A stretch of DNA of 64,000 bases from Candidatus Margulisiibacteriota bacterium (GTDB lineage Bacteria > Margulisbacteria > WOR-1 > JAHJIW01). The position numbers and the translations under genes are program-made. The notes beneath the pieces were generated by a model. That model saw only the letters and a list, made by a program, of their open reading frames with translations. It did not search any database and was not told the DNA's origin. The stretch covers positions 67,562-131,561 of the forward strand of contig JAHJIW010000005.1 of assembly GCA_018823125.1 (NCBI GenBank), read 5' to 3'. Positions 60,726 through 64,000 of the stretch are shown here, piece by piece (position 1 is the stretch's first letter; each line of letters opens with the position of its first letter).

Positions 60726-60753
60726 GGTTTATTTTCCTGCTTTCACATAACAG

Positions 60754-61278
60754 CTAGCGGCCAAAATTTTGCACAGTGGTAATATTTCCGTTAGGAATTG
60801 AATATTTAGTGCCATCGTCGGCCTTGAGAATAGTCAGGCGCAGACTCATGTCAGCGACTTTCCCTTTTATTCCCATGATCTGGACGGTATCCCCAATAGA
60901 GTACTGTTTTTCCAGGATAATGAAGAAGCCGGAGATAAGGTCTCTGACCAGGTTTTGGGAGCCGAAGCTGACAGCCAGTCCCAGGATACCGGCGCTGGCG
61001 ATCAAGGCCGTGATGTTAACGCCCAGTTGCTGCATGGTAGTGATGAACATTACAAAAAATACGCCATATCTAAGGATACTGCGCACGAGGGAAGCGATGA
61101 TATTGAGCCGGTTTTCGGACAAACGGTCTCTGAGCGCGCGGTCCATAGCTACTATAACGATCCGATAAAATACATAGATAACTGCCAGAGAAACGATGAT
61201 CGCGAGGGCTTTCATGATGTAGGCGACCATTTTTTCCGGAGAAAAGAGCACAGTTTTCATTTCATTGAAAATGTCCAT
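60754..61278 (-). CDS. Small mechanosensitive channel, MscS family
   Basis: 174 aa; pore-helix-like GVNITALIASAGILGLAVSFGSQNLVRDLISG followed by a beta domain. Confidence 0.7.
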   Translation of the reverse strand: MDIFNEMKTVLFSPEKMVAYIMKALAIIVSLAVIYVFYRIVIVAMDRALRDRLSENRLNIIASLVRSILRYGVFFVMFITTMQQLGVNITALIASAGILGLAVSFGSQNLVRDLISGFFIILEKQYSIGDTVQIMGIKGKVADMSLRLTILKADDGTKYSIPNGNITTVQNFGR

Positions 61279-61337
61279 GATAAGGATATACTAGCATTTT
61301 TTGATGAAGGGAGGCAAATGCATGCGCCTTTCTTTCA

Positions 61338-61366
61338 TTGACATCAAAATAGGGGAGTGGGAGAAT
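61338..61366 (+). promoter_or_regulatory. Sigma-70-like promoter (TTGACA-N17-GAGAAT), copy 2 of the conserved block
   Basis: CCTTTCTTTCATTGACATCAAAATAGGGGAGTGGGAGAATA, near-identical to copy 1; ATG at 61398. Confidence 0.5.
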
Positions 61367-61397
61367 AGTATACCTAAAAAAATGAAAGGGGTTTTAA

Positions 61398-62936
61398 ATG
61401 ATAATTAAAAAAATTTCACTTTGCATGCTGCTTCTGGTGTTTATTTCAATGCTTTTTGCCCAAACAGTTTCGGCAGAGGAATTCGCCTACTCCAAAAAGG
61501 TGGATGCTCTGGTCGCAGAACTTGAAGCTGACGGATTCATTGTCCAGGAAAGCGGCTACCAGATGATCGACATCCTTAAGCTTTGCAGTGAAGGGTGGTT
61601 TGAATACTGCTTTGGCAATAACGCCGGCTTCCCCTATCTCTGCTATACCATGCCGCCGGCACCCGGACAAAAACCATCCCGCGGTCAAAACCCGCCAGTA
61701 GGTTTTGACCCAAAAGACCCGAATAATTATCCGGCAAACCTTGATTTTACCCCGCCGGGTACAACCTTTAAGCTGCGTCCGGATGAAGCTATTCTCCTGG
61801 TGGGCAAGACCCCGCCTCAAGCCCGTTATTTCAGTTACCGCAGCTATGTTGGCTTTGTGGAAAATAAGCCGGGCAAAGATTATTCTGATATCTTTGTTGT
61901 TAACTCTGCTGACGGCGCGGCCTATCACCGCGTCTTTGCCAGCCTGGGCGACCCGCTCAATCATTTGAGTCCCAATACCAGCGGCACCCCTGATCACAGC
62001 GCAGGCAATGCCTTTGACAAGGAAATAGTGCTCATCACCACGCCGCACCAAGGCGTTAACCAACGCGTGCGCCAGGCTATAAAAAAATCCGGTATTTCTG
62101 AATCCATTGTCAACGATGACATTATTCCCGCTTCACTGGTCAACCTGGGACTGGAAGATGGAAAAGATACTTTTTTGGTTATAACCCGCGCTGCTCTCTG
62201 GGAAAACAATGAACAAGGCCAGGCTTTTTTAAATGACCCCACCAAGACCTGCCGGGTTTTTCGCATTACTCCGAAAGAAGAGCTGGCGGCTGATCCCTAT
62301 CCTGTTCCAAAACTTAAACAACGCGGCAATGGTATATCCGAATTTAAAATCCTGCCCACTGCCAAAGATGATCTGGAAACACTGCGAGAGGCAATCCTGA
62401 AAAAGCACGGCTTGCCCCAATACAAAACCAGGGAGCTGCACACTGATATCTGGCTGCCTGAAGGTTTTATTGGCATCTGCGATGACCTGGACATCCTGGC
62501 TGAGGACCGCGACACTGTTTATCTTCAGAGCGAGGACTTTCAACTTAAGTCAGATGATGATTTTATTATTGTCTACGGCGTAAATCATGAAAAAACCGGC
62601 AAGGCCATCTACTGCAACTTAAGCTTTTACGGCAAAGAGCTGATCAATGGTGTAGCTGGCTCCAACAGCTCCCTCTTCACTGGTTCAGCCAGGGAATATT
62701 TTCCAGCTGGGTATGAGAACGCGGATAATTATTATGTGGTTAAGCTTGCCCGCAAAGGTGATGACTGTGTGATCGTTGAAAAAAGCACGGATAACCCGCG
62801 CGGCAAGGCTTATGGAGTGGACAACAACAAAGATTCTTATATCATAACCCGCTCCTATATTGAAAAACCGAACCAGGTCGGTCCAGCCCATTATGAGCTG
62901 ATCTACGACCGGACGATCCTTTTCACAAAGAAATAA
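61398..62936 (+). CDS. Hypothetical secreted protein (512 aa), no family recognised
   Basis: Signal peptide MIIKKISLCMLLLVFISMLFAQTVSA; GC-richer than core genes by eye; preceded by the conserved promoter block. Confidence 0.5.
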   Translation: MIIKKISLCMLLLVFISMLFAQTVSAEEFAYSKKVDALVAELEADGFIVQESGYQMIDILKLCSEGWFEYCFGNNAGFPYLCYTMPPAPGQKPSRGQNPPVGFDPKDPNNYPANLDFTPPGTTFKLRPDEAILLVGKTPPQARYFSYRSYVGFVENKPGKDYSDIFVVNSADGAAYHRVFASLGDPLNHLSPNTSGTPDHSAGNAFDKEIVLITTPHQGVNQRVRQAIKKSGISESIVNDDIIPASLVNLGLEDGKDTFLVITRAALWENNEQGQAFLNDPTKTCRVFRITPKEELAADPYPVPKLKQRGNGISEFKILPTAKDDLETLREAILKKHGLPQYKTRELHTDIWLPEGFIGICDDLDILAEDRDTVYLQSEDFQLKSDDDFIIVYGVNHEKTGKAIYCNLSFYGKELINGVAGSNSSLFTGSAREYFPAGYENADNYYVVKLARKGDDCVIVEKSTDNPRGKAYGVDNNKDSYIITRSYIEKPNQVGPAHYELIYDRTILFTKK

Positions 62937-62962
62937 GAGCATAAAAAATCGCGGGCAGAAGA

Positions 62963-63829
62963 ATGCGGCCCCCTTGCGAAAGAGGTGTGAAAATAAAATC
63001 GAATCGATTTATATTATTAGGCTGGGTCTTCATTTTTATTTTAGCGCTTTCTTCCAGCTGCTTGGCAGACCAAGGCTATGGCACATTAAAGGTTTTTACA
63101 GAGATTAAAGGCTCATCAATATATGTTGACGGGGAACTGGCCGGGCACGACACTGTAATAATTAAACAAATAGAACCAGGAACACATTATGTAAAAGTAG
63201 AAGCATCAGGAAAGATCTATTACGATGAAGTTGTTACTGTTGTTGAAAATGAAACTGAAACGGTTTTGGTAAAGGATCCTGCTCCTGCTGCTGTGGTTGC
63301 TGCTCACGCACCTGCACCGGCGAGCGTAATTACGAACTACCTTAATTTTTTTGCTAATTATTCGGACTTAAGTCTTTCTGAGAATGTTTCCGGGGTCAAC
63401 AAAAATTATGGTTATGATCCTGCTTTTGGCATTGGAGTGGAATACAATAAAGGGATAGCTGCTACGAATTTTGGGGCCAATATGGGGATCAATTATAATT
63501 TCCCCTCCAATGTTACTTTGTCCGGATTTTCAGGGGGAAGGAGCCTGGGGATCTCCCATATTTATTTTAATCTTGTTTCAAATGCCGGAAAAAACGATGA
63601 TCTGGAAATGAATTTTGCTATCGGGCTTAATTATTCGTTTTGGGCTGTTTCATCCCCTCTTTCAACCATTAATGGCGGCGTCGGATATCAGGGCTATTAT
63701 GAGTTCCTGATCCCTTCAGGCAATAATTATTACAGCGTTAAAATAGGGCACGCGACATTTTACAGTTCGTCAAACACGAGCACGCAAAGCAGTTCGGGGT
63801 TGTTCCTGAAAGGCGGATTCGCCTATTAG
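62963..63829 (+). CDS. PEGA-domain secreted protein with beta-rich C-terminal region
   Basis: Signal peptide; PEGA-like block (KVFTEIKGSSIYVDGELAG...GTHYVKVEASG); aromatic C-terminus (GGFAY). Start codon uncertain (possible in-frame GTG at 62987). Confidence 0.5.
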   Translation: MRPPCERGVKIKSNRFILLGWVFIFILALSSSCLADQGYGTLKVFTEIKGSSIYVDGELAGHDTVIIKQIEPGTHYVKVEASGKIYYDEVVTVVENETETVLVKDPAPAAVVAAHAPAPASVITNYLNFFANYSDLSLSENVSGVNKNYGYDPAFGIGVEYNKGIAATNFGANMGINYNFPSNVTLSGFSGGRSLGISHIYFNLVSNAGKNDDLEMNFAIGLNYSFWAVSSPLSTINGGVGYQGYYEFLIPSGNNYYSVKIGHATFYSSSNTSTQSSSGLFLKGGFAY

Positions 63830-63867
63830 CCCCCAATTTATATTGACAGGGACTGGCCCTTTCTTCA

Positions 63868-63896
63868 TTGACAACAAAATAGGGGAGGGGAGAATA
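63868..63896 (+). promoter_or_regulatory. Sigma-70-like promoter, copy 3 of the conserved block (1-nt shorter)
   Basis: CTTTCTTCATTGACAACAAAATAGGGGAGGGGAGAATA; followed by the same RBS context (AAGGAGGTGACAAATG) as copy 1. Confidence 0.45.
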
Positions 63897-63915
63897 CTTT
63901 ATAAGGAGGTGACAA

Positions 63916-64000
63916 ATGAAACTTCTTATCAAGATTTCGTTATGGTTACTGGTTTTGGGTGGATTGGCCTGGGGGTTAGAGGGGTTAACTGAGATAAATA
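63916..64000 (+). CDS. DUF378-like small membrane protein paralog, 3' end outside window
   Basis: Translation MKLLIKISLWLLVLGGLAWGLEGLTEIN is near-identical to the 58671..58874 product. Confidence 0.6.
   Translation, partial: MKLLIKISLWLLVLGGLAWGLEGLTEIN

Noticed and set aside
1-64000. CRISPR arrays, rRNA genes, transposases or integrases
   Set aside because: No regularly spaced direct repeats, no rRNA-like sequence, and no translated ORF with transposase (DDE) or integrase (tyrosine recombinase) motifs were seen.
1-64000. Many 60-130 aa ORFs lying antisense to, or in alternative frames within, the large annotated genes (for example 259..468, 1873..2091, 3401..3622, 10848..11105, 29635..29907, 50387..50713, 61446..62063)
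   Set aside because: They are fully embedded in strongly supported genes, lack RBS context and have no recognisable motifs; treated as shadow ORFs.

Overview
Bacterial chromosomal window of about 64 kb with moderate-to-low GC content and dense, mostly well-recognisable coding. The first ~45 kb is core metabolism: an ispA / DUF212 membrane protein / dxs block, fhs, folE, dprA, accC-nusB, a ribE-ribBA-ribH riboflavin cluster with no ribD, gcvPB, rtcB, a trkH/trkA/trkA potassium uptake block, H+-pyrophosphatase, leuA, pta, cimA, lysA, cdaA and panB. A tRNA-Arg(CCU) at 45.7 kb is followed by a region that looks accessory: a D-aminoacylase operon, three tandem C45-type Ntn-hydrolase paralogs, a Ser-type sulfatase with its anaerobic maturase, an Omp85-family barrel, and duplicated small DUF378-like genes behind a near-identical ~40 bp promoter-like block. 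No CRISPR array, rRNA, transposase or integrase was recognised. The most promising candidates for an undescribed system are (i) a translationally coupled pair of a soluble PRC-barrel/MgtE-N/CBS protein and an NRAMP-family transporter with NRMT-like substitutions, (ii) a three-gene cluster of two unknown proteins plus an AmrS-like radical SAM enzyme, the middle gene having atypical codon composition, (iii) an unknown 372-aa ORF in the position where ribD normally sits, and (iv) the repeated promoter block at 58.6-63.9 kb. All calls rest on reading the translated ORFs and the nucleotide sequence by eye; no database search or computation was run.
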